Under the pieces are notes generated by a model. The model was given only the letters and a program-made list of their open reading frames with translations, was not told where the DNA came from and made no database searches. A DNA stretch of 63,741 nucleotides, the filler included. It is 8 parts of 8 records of this genome, joined end to end, with 100 filler letters (N's around TTAATTAATTAA, not from the genome) between each part and the next. Parts side by side here need not be neighbours in the genome. Positions count along the whole stretch, not along the records: positions 14,650 to 24,709 come from DRR723986_14126; positions 24,810 to 34,798 come from DRR723986_14129; 6 more parts are not named here. One strand, given 5' to 3'. Each line of letters opens with the position of its first letter. Position 1 is the first letter of the stretch. This document shows, piece after piece, positions 18,889-27,668 of the stretch. The translations under genes were made by a program, and so were the position numbers.

Positions 18889-20004
18889 ATGACCAGCCCC
18901 CATTTCATCGGACATGAAATTTATCGCGGCTCCAGCTATGGTCGGTGGCATCCTTTGCGTGTGCCACGGGTCTCCACGGTGATGGACCTGTCGCGGGCCC
19001 TTGGTTGGTTGCCGAAACGCCAATTTGTCACCTCTCCTCGGGCCAAGCCTGAGGCGTTGGTGAATTGGCACACAGCAGAGTACATCGGCGCGTTGCAGCG
19101 GGTCGAAGCAGATCAGATTGCAACCGCCCAGGATCTTTCCCGTCACGATATTGGCAGCGTGACAAATCCGGTGTTCCCCGAGATTTTTCGCCGCCCGGCC
19201 ACAGCGGCAGGCGGGTCCATTCTGGCAGGTGAACTGCTGCGCGATGGCGGTGTTGTTTATAACCCTGCTGGCGGCACCCATCACGGAATGCCGAACCGCG
19301 CCAACGGGTTTTGCTATCTCAACGATCCGGTGCTTGCGATGCTGAGCCTGCGCCGGTTTGGTGTGCGGCGGATCGCGTTTGTCGATATTGATGCCCACCA
19401 CCCTGACGGGGTCGAAGTTGGCTTTGGCGGTGATCCCGATTGCCTGATGATCTCGGTGCATGAGGCACGGCTTTGGCCGCGCAGCGGGCCGGTGGAAAAC
19501 GATGGCGGCGGCAATGCGCTAAACGTTGCGGTGCCGCGTGGGTTCAATGACAGTGAAATGGCCTTTGTGCGCGATGCGCTGATCCTCCCGCGCGTGCAAG
19601 CCTTTATGCCCGACGCGATTGTGCTGCTGTGCGGGGCAGATGCGGTCGAAGAAGATCCGCTCTCACATCTCCAGCTGAGCAATAACGCTCATTGGGATGT
19701 TCTGCGCCGCCTCATGAACATGGCGCCAAGGCTGCTGGTGCTGGGCGGCGGCGGTTATAACCCGTGGTCCGTTGGGCGTCTGTGGACAGGTGTTTGGGGT
19801 ATTTTAAACGGGCATCATCTGCCCGCAACTATGCCAGAAGAAGCCGAAGCGGTTCTGCGGGCCTTGCGGTTTGACGGCAACCGCCGCGGCAAGAACCCGC
19901 CAGAGCATTGGTTCACCACGTTGCAAGATGCCCCCCGCCAAGGCGCGGTGCGCGACGAGGTCAAAGAGGTCGTGCGTCAGTTGTTGAAGCGACCAGCGCT
20001 TTGA
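18889..20004 (+). CDS. acuC: Acetoin utilization protein AcuC / histone deacetylase family
   Basis: GGTHHG, GFCYLND, DIDAHHPDG, SVHE, GADA...DPL, GGGGY. Confidence 0.88.
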   Translation: MTSPHFIGHEIYRGSSYGRWHPLRVPRVSTVMDLSRALGWLPKRQFVTSPRAKPEALVNWHTAEYIGALQRVEADQIATAQDLSRHDIGSVTNPVFPEIFRRPATAAGGSILAGELLRDGGVVYNPAGGTHHGMPNRANGFCYLNDPVLAMLSLRRFGVRRIAFVDIDAHHPDGVEVGFGGDPDCLMISVHEARLWPRSGPVENDGGGNALNVAVPRGFNDSEMAFVRDALILPRVQAFMPDAIVLLCGADAVEEDPLSHLQLSNNAHWDVLRRLMNMAPRLLVLGGGGYNPWSVGRLWTGVWGILNGHHLPATMPEEAEAVLRALRFDGNRRGKNPPEHWFTTLQDAPRQGAVRDEVKEVVRQLLKRPAL

Positions 20005-20014
20005 TCTGGGGGCA

Positions 20015-21076
20015 TCAGCCCGCCAGTTTGCGCATCAAGGCCTCAATCGGGCCGCGCTTGAACAGCTTCGACCATAGATAGGCGTAAATCGTTGCGCCAA
20101 GGCTGAACAACAATGCGGCGCTAACCGCCTGCGCCGTGGTCTGGCCGCCCAACATCCCCAATGCTTCAAGGGTTCCCATGCCCACCAGAATATGCGCGAT
20201 ATAGAGCGTCAGCGTTTGCCGTCCCGCAGGCACGATCAACGGCAAGATCCGCCATCTGCCCAAAGGCCCGGCCAGCAAAAGGCAAAGACCAATCACCAAA
20301 GACGAAACACCAAACCCTGCCAAAGAATAAAGCGGCATTGGCGGAATAGGTTCGGTTGTGACCAGCAACCCAAACTCAGGGTCAAGCGGCACCAGCACAT
20401 TTGTCAGGCCGATGCTGGTGCCCTCGGCAAACGCAAGTGCGCCGGTGCCAAGGCCGACCAGAGCCATTTGAACCCTGCGTTCTGACAGGGCAAGGCGGCT
20501 GAGAATGATCCCGAACAACAGAAACCCAAGCCAGGGAATAACCGGATGCCAGCCGTTGAAAAACAGGTTCCGAACAAAGCCCGCAGGCGTCCAGAAATCG
20601 GCATATGTAAAGGTCTCCCAGTTCCAGCCAGTGTCATATTCGAATGCAAACACCATCGCGACAAACCCAAGGTTGAGCGCCAGAACGACCCAGACCAATG
20701 CACGCGAGGACAGAGGCAAAAGCATAACGCCGAACAGAAAGTAGAAGGCATAATAATGCAGAATGTCGGCATCAAAGATCAGCATGTTCAACAGGCCGAT
20801 CGCCAATAGAAACACCGCCCGGCGCAGCGACACTGATATGGTCTGATCCAAGGCTTTGCTCCCGGCAAGGCCAAGCCCGATCCCGGCAAGCACAACAAAA
20901 GTCGCCGCCGCCCGCCCCTCCAGGGCGCCGCTCAGCAGGCCAAGCACTCCGCCATCATCATCTGCGCCCATCGCGATCTTGAAATTCACGATGACCATCC
21001 CGACAAAAGCGAGGTATCTGGCAAGGTCCAGTCCAGCCAGTCGGCTTTGCGGGGCGGGGTTTGGGGCGTTTGTCAT
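20015..21076 (-). CDS. DUF418-like membrane protein (acyltransferase-like)
   Basis: RLAGLDLAR.LA..GM, ADILHYY, G..TLTLYIAH, RGPIE..MR. Confidence 0.75.
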   Translation of the reverse strand: MTNAPNPAPQSRLAGLDLARYLAFVGMVIVNFKIAMGADDDGGVLGLLSGALEGRAAATFVVLAGIGLGLAGSKALDQTISVSLRRAVFLLAIGLLNMLIFDADILHYYAFYFLFGVMLLPLSSRALVWVVLALNLGFVAMVFAFEYDTGWNWETFTYADFWTPAGFVRNLFFNGWHPVIPWLGFLLFGIILSRLALSERRVQMALVGLGTGALAFAEGTSIGLTNVLVPLDPEFGLLVTTEPIPPMPLYSLAGFGVSSLVIGLCLLLAGPLGRWRILPLIVPAGRQTLTLYIAHILVGMGTLEALGMLGGQTTAQAVSAALLFSLGATIYAYLWSKLFKRGPIEALMRKLAG

Positions 21077-21238
21077 GGGCATGATGTTTGGTCTTTGGGA
21101 TCCCAGAACAAGAGGCGAAATAGCGCCGCTGCGGAGCTGTGGCAAAAACGCCGCGCCGCTGTGCGGTTGTCGTGCATTGACGGGGAGGTATTGCCACAAT
21201 ATGCCCGCAAAAGTTGAAACATGTTCAAGAGTGACAAA

Positions 21239-21649
21239 ATGAAAAAGATCATAATGAGCGCGGCCATGATGGCGGCGCTGGCAGCCTGCGGTGGATCAAA
21301 TGCGCCAACAGCAAGCGCACCGGGCCTCAATTCGAAGTCAAAAATTTCTGTACTGTTTGACGAATTTCCGGCTGGGACTGTGTGTTTTGTGGCCTTGCCT
21401 TCTGGCAGATTGCAAACACCGGCGATGCCCGGCAAGATTGAATACCCGGCTGGCAATGCAAAAGCTCCCGTGCGCTGCAAATCGCCTGATGGCGCCACCT
21501 ATGCAGTGGATGTGCAGAGCGTCCTGCCGGCGGGCGAATTTCGTGTTGCAGGGCTGACGGCTTATGGCACCGGTCTTATTGTATCGACAGTTTCGGCCGG
21601 CGATCTGCTTCGGTTTCAGAATGAAAATGGCGTGACGCGCCGCAAGTGA
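21239..21649 (+). CDS. Hypothetical lipoprotein
   Basis: Lipobox LAAC after a basic/hydrophobic N-terminus. Confidence 0.7.
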   Translation: MKKIIMSAAMMAALAACGGSNAPTASAPGLNSKSKISVLFDEFPAGTVCFVALPSGRLQTPAMPGKIEYPAGNAKAPVRCKSPDGATYAVDVQSVLPAGEFRVAGLTAYGTGLIVSTVSAGDLLRFQNENGVTRRK

Positions 21650-21656
21650 CCAAACA

Positions 21657-21688
21657 GAAAAGGCCCCGACAACCGCGGGGCCTTTTCG
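21657..21688. terminator. Bidirectional intrinsic terminator
   Basis: GAAAAGGCCCCG-loop-CGGGGCCTTTTC between convergent genes. Confidence 0.75.
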
Positions 21689-21706
21689 TATTTTCTGGGT
21701 CAAAGA

Positions 21707-23185
21707 TTACTCGGCCCAGCTGACCGCTGTAAGGTCGTTGGCCTGTGTCGGCGCATTGGCCCAAAGACCCTGAATGCCAGCTTTGGCCACCGACAGCGCC
21801 GCCAGTTGGAACAGGTAACCGTTCACATAATCGCTGGAGATAATGGTCTGCGCCTCGCCCAGCATTGCGGTGCGAATGTCGGGGTCTGTTGTGCTGTTGA
21901 GTTTGGTCATCAGCTCTTGGAACGCAGGATTGTCATACTGGAAGTAGTAGTCCGGATTGGCATAGATCCCGATATCCATCGGCTCTGTATGGCTGACGAT
22001 GGTCAGGCCAAAGTTTTTGCCTTTGAACACGGTTTCCAGCCACTGCGCCCATTCCACATTGCTGATCTCGGCCTTGATCCCGACAGCGGCAAGTTGCGCT
22101 GCGATGATCTCACCGCCGCGACGGGCGTAGGAAGGGGGCGGCAGGTGCAGCGTGGTCTCAAACCCGTCGGGAAAGCCTGCCTCGGCCAGCAGCGCCTTGG
22201 CGCGTTCGGGGTCATAGTTGCTCATCCCGGTGTGATCGACATAGGCGGGATTGTGCGGTGCAAAATGGGTGCCGATGGGCGTGCCATAGCCGAACATTGC
22301 GCCGTCAATAATTGCCTGACGGTCAATCGCATGGGCCACGGCGGCCCGTACCTTGACGTTGTCAAAGGGGGGCATCTTGTTGTTGGTCGACAGGATGGTT
22401 TCACCCTCCGTGGACCCGATCAGAACCTGAAAACGCGGGTCTGCCTCGAACTGTGGCAGGTTCTCGGGTGCTGGGAAGCCGCTGAAAACGTCCACATCTT
22501 CGGCCATCATCGCAGCAAAAGCCGCCGTTGGGTCCGAGATGAACTTGAACGTGGCTTTGGACAGCACTGCCGGGGTGCCCCAATAATCCGGGTTGCGGCT
22601 GATCTCGATTTTGTCGCCTTGGGACCAGCTGTCAAATTTGAACGCGCCGGTGCCGATGGGCTGTTGCTTGATGTTCTCAATGCTTTCCGGCGCAACGATC
22701 ACAGCATCGCCCCAAGCAAGGTTGAACAACATGTTGCCGTTGGGTTCGGACAGTTTCACCTCGACCGTTGTAGGGTCGATGACTGTCACAGACGAGATCG
22801 CGGAATACAGCGCCTTTTGCGCATTTGCGCTGTCTTCGGCGTTGATCCGGTCAAGGCTGAACTTCACATCTTCCGCGTCCATGGTCGTGCCGTCATGGAA
22901 TGTCACGCCGGAGCGGAGCTTGAACGTATAAGTCAGGCCATCATCGGAAATTTCCCAAGATTCGGCCAGCCCCGGAACAACGGAGCCATCGCCCATAAAC
23001 CGGGTCAGCCCTTCGAACACATTGGAATAAAGCACAGAATCGATTGCCCCAGCCGCAGCAGAGGTCGGATCAAGGTGCGGCGGTTCAAGCTGCATCGCCA
23101 AGGTAAGGTCGTCTTTGGCCATGGCTGTGCCTGCCATCAGGGCGGCGGTACTTGCGCCCAGCAGAATGGTGCGAAGGTGGAACAT
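21707..23185 (-). CDS. Peptide ABC transporter substrate-binding protein (family 5)
   Basis: Start MFHLRT, signal peptide, LAESWEIS.DG.TYTF.LR.GV.FHDG, PIGTG.F. Confidence 0.92.
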   Translation of the reverse strand: MFHLRTILLGASTAALMAGTAMAKDDLTLAMQLEPPHLDPTSAAAGAIDSVLYSNVFEGLTRFMGDGSVVPGLAESWEISDDGLTYTFKLRSGVTFHDGTTMDAEDVKFSLDRINAEDSANAQKALYSAISSVTVIDPTTVEVKLSEPNGNMLFNLAWGDAVIVAPESIENIKQQPIGTGAFKFDSWSQGDKIEISRNPDYWGTPAVLSKATFKFISDPTAAFAAMMAEDVDVFSGFPAPENLPQFEADPRFQVLIGSTEGETILSTNNKMPPFDNVKVRAAVAHAIDRQAIIDGAMFGYGTPIGTHFAPHNPAYVDHTGMSNYDPERAKALLAEAGFPDGFETTLHLPPPSYARRGGEIIAAQLAAVGIKAEISNVEWAQWLETVFKGKNFGLTIVSHTEPMDIGIYANPDYYFQYDNPAFQELMTKLNSTTDPDIRTAMLGEAQTIISSDYVNGYLFQLAALSVAKAGIQGLWANAPTQANDLTAVSWAE

Positions 23186-23316
23186 GGTGGTCTCCCGATT
23201 GGTTATACCCGACGTTAACAAAAGAATCGGGCTTAAGGCCAGCTTTCCTTGGCTCTGTTTGCCTTTGGTCAGCAGGGGAGGTATGCACCGGCCTTTTGAT
23301 GGGGCGGGGGCCTGTG

Positions 23317-24579
23317 ATGTCATCCACGTTGGGCATTGATTTTGGCACATCCAATTCGGCGGCGGGCTATGTTCGCGGCGGTGCGCCGGTTTTGATTGAT
23401 CTTGAGGCGGGGGCGCAAACCCTTCCGACGGCGGTGTTTTTTGACTTTGACGCCAAGAAGATGAGAGTCGGAGAGCGGGCCGCGCAGGCGCTTTTGTCCG
23501 GCGAGGAAGGCCGCTATATGCGGGGTCTCAAAAGTCTGCTTGGCACCCGTTTGATGCGTGAAAGCCGGATGCTTCTGGGGGAACGGCTGGACTTCATCGA
23601 TATTGTTGGCCGGTTTCTGGCCGAGGTGAAACGTCGCGCCGAGGCGGCAACGGGTGAAACCTTTGATCGGGCGCTGTCCGGGCGGCCTGTCCAGTTTCAC
23701 ACCGCAAATCAGGCTCGCAATGACCAAGCTTTGCTGGATCTGACCGAAGCCTACGCCCGCGCCGGGTTTTCCGATGTGCGTTTCCTGAATGAGCCCGAGG
23801 CGGCTGCGATTGCCAATCGGGCGGTGCTGGAAGACGGCGATCTGGGTTTGGTCGTCGATATTGGTGGCGGTACGTCGGATTTTACCTTGTTCCGGCAGGG
23901 GCAGGGCGGCGACATTGATATTCTGGCCAGCCACGGTGTGCGCATTGGCGGAACCGATTTTGACCGGCGGTTGAGCATCGCCAAGGTTATGCCGCAGCTG
24001 GGCATGGGTAGTGACATCCGGCATGCCTTTGGCAATGACACCCATGTTGCGCCCAACGCGATTTTTAATGATCTGGCGACCTGGCAGAAGATCCCGTTTC
24101 TTTATGGCCCTGACACCCGCCGTGCAGCGCGGGAATTGGCCAAATTCGCCGTGCATCCCAAACGTTTGGCACGGCTTGAGAAAGTGCTGGAGGATGAATT
24201 GGGTCATGATCTGGCCTTTGCGGTTGAGGCGGGCAAGATCATGGCCAATGACCCTGCGCAAACAGATCCGGTGATCCATGTGGGCATGTTGAAGCGCGGC
24301 GCAACTCTGCCGTTGCCCGCCGCGTTTATGCACAGAAAGCTCACGCCGCTCGCAGATCAGATTGGCGAGGCGGCGGAGGCCACCTTGTCGATGGGGCATG
24401 TGTCCGCGGCAGAGGTGAACAAGCTGATTTTTGTGGGTGGTTCCGGCCTGATGCAGGTGGTCGAAGACGCCCTGCGCCAAAGATTTCCCGCAGCGCAAAT
24501 GCATCGCGGCGCGGCAATGACCGCCATTGTCAGCGGTCTGGCGATCCGGTCTGCGACGGCCTTTGACGATCAACCCTGA
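23317..24579 (+). CDS. Hsp70-family ATPase, YegD-like
   Basis: GIDFGTSNS, GRPV.F, EP.AAA, DIGGGTSDF, GGTDFD. No substrate-binding domain. Confidence 0.85.
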   Translation: MSSTLGIDFGTSNSAAGYVRGGAPVLIDLEAGAQTLPTAVFFDFDAKKMRVGERAAQALLSGEEGRYMRGLKSLLGTRLMRESRMLLGERLDFIDIVGRFLAEVKRRAEAATGETFDRALSGRPVQFHTANQARNDQALLDLTEAYARAGFSDVRFLNEPEAAAIANRAVLEDGDLGLVVDIGGGTSDFTLFRQGQGGDIDILASHGVRIGGTDFDRRLSIAKVMPQLGMGSDIRHAFGNDTHVAPNAIFNDLATWQKIPFLYGPDTRRAARELAKFAVHPKRLARLEKVLEDELGHDLAFAVEAGKIMANDPAQTDPVIHVGMLKRGATLPLPAAFMHRKLTPLADQIGEAAEATLSMGHVSAAEVNKLIFVGGSGLMQVVEDALRQRFPAAQMHRGAAMTAIVSGLAIRSATAFDDQP

Positions 24580-24707
24580 GGCAGCAGGAGCGTTTCCAGC
24601 GCCGCGCCCATGACCTTGGCACTGTCGATCATATCGTCGATACCAATCCATTCATCGGGCTTATGCGCCAGTTCCAGAACCCCCGGCCCATAGGCGATAC
24701 AGTTCTT
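24570..24707 (-). CDS. C-terminus of M20 (ArgE/DapE-like) deacylase, truncated
   Basis: Hand translation KNCIAYGPGVLELAHKPDEWIGIDDM... Confidence 0.75.
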   Translation of the reverse strand, partial: KNCIAYGPGVLELAHKPDEWIGIDDMIDSAKVMGAALETLLLPQG

Positions 24708-24709
24708 CA

Positions 24710-24809
24710 NNNNNNNNNNNNNNNNNNNNNNNNNNNNNNNNNNNNNNNNNNNNTTAATTAATTAANNNNNNNNNNNNNNNNNNNNNNNNNNNNNNNNNNN
24801 NNNNNNNNN
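24710..24809. other. Artificial contig linker
   Basis: N44-TTAATTAATTAA-N44. Confidence 0.98.
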
Positions 24810-24811
24810 AA

Positions 24812-24976
24812 GCGTCTACAAATCTAGGGGCACCTCAGTCTGATGGTAAAGTGAATATCTACTGGCTTGCAGAGAACGCTGGCACGAGCGTTGAGCAGCT
24901 TGAACGCTTCTATTTGAAGAACTTGGCACCAAGCTCTGCGAAGGTCAGGAATATTCAGTCTTTTGGTGATGACTGA
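24812..24976 (+). CDS. C-terminal fragment of a tyrosine recombinase/integrase
   Basis: Hand translation ...DGKVNIYWLAENAGTSVEQLERFYLKNL...NIQSFGDD*. LAxxxGTSxxxxxxxY is box II with the catalytic Tyr. Confidence 0.65.
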   Translation, partial: ASTNLGAPQSDGKVNIYWLAENAGTSVEQLERFYLKNLAPSSAKVRNIQSFGDD

Positions 24977-24984
24977 TTGAGCCT

Positions 24985-25548
24985 TTAGATTTTGGATAGG
25001 TTTCTCGCAAAGCGAAACGCAACTATCAAAGCGTAGAATACGATCATGAGACCGATCACATCGCCAATCATATAGCCCATCACATAAGACAGGATGTCTT
25101 CAGGTTTGCGTAGGAAAGCCAGCGTGCCAGCGTTTACCAGAGAAGACATGGTCCCGGTGATCAGAAAGAACTTCCACTTGCTTTTGGTGAAGCTCGGAGT
25201 GCGCTCACCAATAAGCAGCGTTCCCAACTTGTAACCGATGTAACAAGAGATAATTCCAGCTACGGCAAAGTGCCACCGGAACGGAACTCCTGTCACAGTG
25301 GCTAGAAATGTCATGATTAAGACTCCGGGCAGAAGATACACTAAGCCCTTCCAGCCGAAGAAATAAAACGTGATTATTCGCACGCCGTGTGGAAGATACA
25401 GAAGCCAGATCGTGGCTGGGAAGCTTGGCAGCAGGACTTTCTGAAGGGGGACTGCAAACCCCAAGTTAAGAGAAAACGCTGTGATGTAAGCGGCGGTGAC
25501 GATCAATAGGTGGTTGATGCTCAGTTTGAAGGTTTCTGGCGCCAGCAT
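24985..25548 (-). CDS. Integral membrane protein, MASE1-like
   Basis: 5-6 TM segments, LLYLPHGVRI...FG motif, C-terminal IGDVIG. Confidence 0.55.
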   Translation of the reverse strand: MLAPETFKLSINHLLIVTAAYITAFSLNLGFAVPLQKVLLPSFPATIWLLYLPHGVRIITFYFFGWKGLVYLLPGVLIMTFLATVTGVPFRWHFAVAGIISCYIGYKLGTLLIGERTPSFTKSKWKFFLITGTMSSLVNAGTLAFLRKPEDILSYVMGYMIGDVIGLMIVFYALIVAFRFARNLSKI

Positions 25549-25563
25549 CAGTTAAGCTTCCTT

Positions 25564-25848
25564 TTAGGCAATAGCCACGTAGCGCCCACGTCTACCTGCA
25601 AGCTTCTCAATTTTGCCCGCATCTTCTAGTTGCTTTAATGCACGGAAGAGGGATGGGCGTGAAATATCTTGTGTAAGCTGGTGGCTTTGAATGTCGCTGA
25701 GCTGAGCAACGCTGGAGCTCGAAGCGCAGTCTGCAATCGCCAACAAGACTTGCTTTTCAAAGTGGCTGAGGTCTTCAAGACCTAGCTCTTGCTCCATATC
25801 GGCGAGCAGCATGCTGAGTTGAGCAAGTGGTTGAAGTTTGGCGGTCAT
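25564..25848 (-). CDS. Small winged-helix transcription regulator
   Basis: ISRPSLFRALKQLEDAGKI.K HTH-wing pattern. Confidence 0.7.
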   Translation of the reverse strand: MTAKLQPLAQLSMLLADMEQELGLEDLSHFEKQVLLAIADCASSSSVAQLSDIQSHQLTQDISRPSLFRALKQLEDAGKIEKLAGRRGRYVAIA

Positions 25849-26021
25849 GTAAACGTGTTTCTTTCAAATAGGTTTTGGCTACCGTAGTTGCACGGTATAC
25901 TTCACACTTGGCGCAAAGGCAAAATTTAAATGCCTATATCTTTCAAAGAATTGAATGATAGGCTGAAAGTGTCACGTAGGACCGCGTATTCTTGATCGCT
26001 GTTGTAGAGAAAAAAGGTAAG

Positions 26022-26044
26022 AAAAAGAGCAGCCGAAGCTGCTC
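26022..26044 (-). terminator. Intrinsic terminator of hns
   Basis: Minus strand reads GAGCAGC-TTCG-GCTGCTC-TTTTT just after the stop codon. Confidence 0.75.
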
Positions 26045-26048
26045 CTTT

Positions 26049-26360
26049 TTAGATTGCGAGGTCTTCTAGCGTTTTGCCTGATGCCAGCAGTGCTTCGACC
26101 CACTTTGGTTTGCGACCACGACCGGTCCATGTCTGGCTGGGGTCAGCAGGGTTCGCATACTTTGGTGCAGCTTTGGTTTTGGCTTTTGAAAGCTTTTCGT
26201 CGCCAAGCAGTTCTTTGAGCGAATAACCTGCTGCACGAGCGGCTTCTTCAACAGCTGCCAGAGCTTTAGCTTTTTTGCGTTTTTCATAATTGAAAATCGC
26301 AACAGCCACATCGTCTTGCAGCTTTTTGAGTTCTGCGAGTGTAAGATCGTTTAAGTTCAT
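26049..26360 (-). CDS. hns: H-NS family nucleoid protein (HvrA-like)
   Basis: N-terminal coiled coil and C-terminal PKYANP.DP.QTWTGRGRKPKW DNA-binding motif. Confidence 0.92.
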   Translation of the reverse strand: MNLNDLTLAELKKLQDDVAVAIFNYEKRKKAKALAAVEEAARAAGYSLKELLGDEKLSKAKTKAAPKYANPADPSQTWTGRGRKPKWVEALLASGKTLEDLAI

Positions 26361-26924
26361 TTGTTCACCAACAATTGATATGAGAAAGCACTTAGCGGCA
26401 TCGACAGAACTATGTCAATAAATCAGAGGTTTGAGGGCTTTGTTTCAAACTAGATTTTTGAATGGTTTAAACAGATTTTTCGAGTTTGGGTCAGTGTGCT
26501 GTGTCATGGTTTAATCATGAATTCTGATATGATTGAGTTTCAAAGTGATCCAATTAAGTTGATGAAAGTGATCTCATACTGGTTACTGCTTCGCAGTAAC
26601 TCAACACTTCGTGTTGACGCATTAGATGGTAATGATTCATTGATGGATAAGACTTAAATGTATTTCTTAAACCATAAAGAGATTATACCAATGATTTGAT
26701 ATAATGTCAAGCAAAATCAATAGCTTAATATAAATTTATCCAGTAATAATAATGCCTTAATGATGTTGTGGAAGTGTTTTGAAGACATACTTGCCCAGAT
26801 AGGACAAAGTATGTCTTCGGCTTGTGTCTAGCGCCTCTTAACATAGTCGATCCGCAAACCACGAGATGTGGGAGATAGGGCAACACGATTTTACCTTTAC
26901 AGCGACTTGCTTAAAAAATTACGG

Positions 26925-27131
26925 GGGCATTCGGGCGCTGATCGACTAACGACCCCAAATGCGTGAGACTTGGTTATCTCATCCTTGCGAGTTATTTTTC
27001 TGCCCCCACTCAACTCGGGTGCTTTACACGATGCTGAAGTATCTCATCGTTCCCCCGCCACCAATCGCAGAGAATATTCACATTGGGTCGTCAAACCTTA
27101 TGAGAGCAAAACAAGTATGATCGGGATGCTC
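26925..27131 (+). ncRNA. Candidate structured non-coding element (multibranch fold)
   Basis: Nested long-range pairings enclosing three hairpins, found by eye (see findings). No recognised family. Confidence 0.35.
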
Positions 27132-27273
27132 AGCCCTTATTGGTGTTTGTGCGATGTCTGTCGCTTTCAATGTTATTTATACAAAAGAAGATCTCCGGGT
27201 CGGCTGAAATTGTCAAAAAATCAAGAAATATAAATAATTTACATGAAATCTAACAAACAAAGGAGATCAGTTG

Positions 27274-27486
27274 ATGAACACAGAAGTCGTTCTTGTAAAT
27301 TACCGCATACCAGTTCCATTGAAGAATGAATTTGAGGCTGCTTGCAGGCGACTGCACATGCCGATGACCTCACAGATTAATATCTTGATCCGTGAATTTT
27401 TGGAAAAACAACGCAGCTCGCAACTGCACTGTGAAGATGAATACGAACCGATCAGCTTCTATTCAGCCAGGGGTGACACGCTATGA
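27274..27486 (+). CDS. Ribbon-helix-helix (CopG/ParG-like) DNA-binding protein
   Basis: RBS AAGGAG. VLVNYRIP strand followed by LKNEFEAAC and MTSQINILIREFL helices. Confidence 0.7.
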   Translation: MNTEVVLVNYRIPVPLKNEFEAACRRLHMPMTSQINILIREFLEKQRSSQLHCEDEYEPISFYSARGDTL

Positions 27487-27668
27487 TGCTGGATAATCTA
27501 TACCCTCGCACAAAGCCTGATCTTGTTCGTGCAATCCAGAAGATGCGTATCAACAAGATTGAAGTCATTGATGGATATGTGCCTGCTGACGAGCGTGAGT
27601 TACTCAAAGCAGCTAAAGACATGTCAGCCGGCAATCATGATCTGACCGTCATTTTGGTGAGGTCATGA
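27483..27668 (+). CDS. Hypothetical protein (61 aa)
   Basis: ATGA overlaps with both neighbours, indicating translational coupling. Confidence 0.6.
   Translation: MMLDNLYPRTKPDLVRAIQKMRINKIEVIDGYVPADERELLKAAKDMSAGNHDLTVILVRS

Noticed and set aside
23320-24651. 443-aa antisense ORF over the Hsp70-like gene, and similar antisense ORFs over the SBP, ftsW, murG, hpaE and dnaK
   Set aside because: Typical antisense open frames caused by codon bias, with no independent protein motifs.
26925-27131. Retron msr/msd or tRNA interpretation of the structured region
   Set aside because: No reverse transcriptase on the contig, and no T-loop (GTTC) or tRNA-sized cloverleaf.
26970-27233. 87-aa ORF in the island's intergenic region
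   Set aside because: TTG start without a clear RBS and an unprotein-like composition. The region is better explained as structured non-coding sequence.
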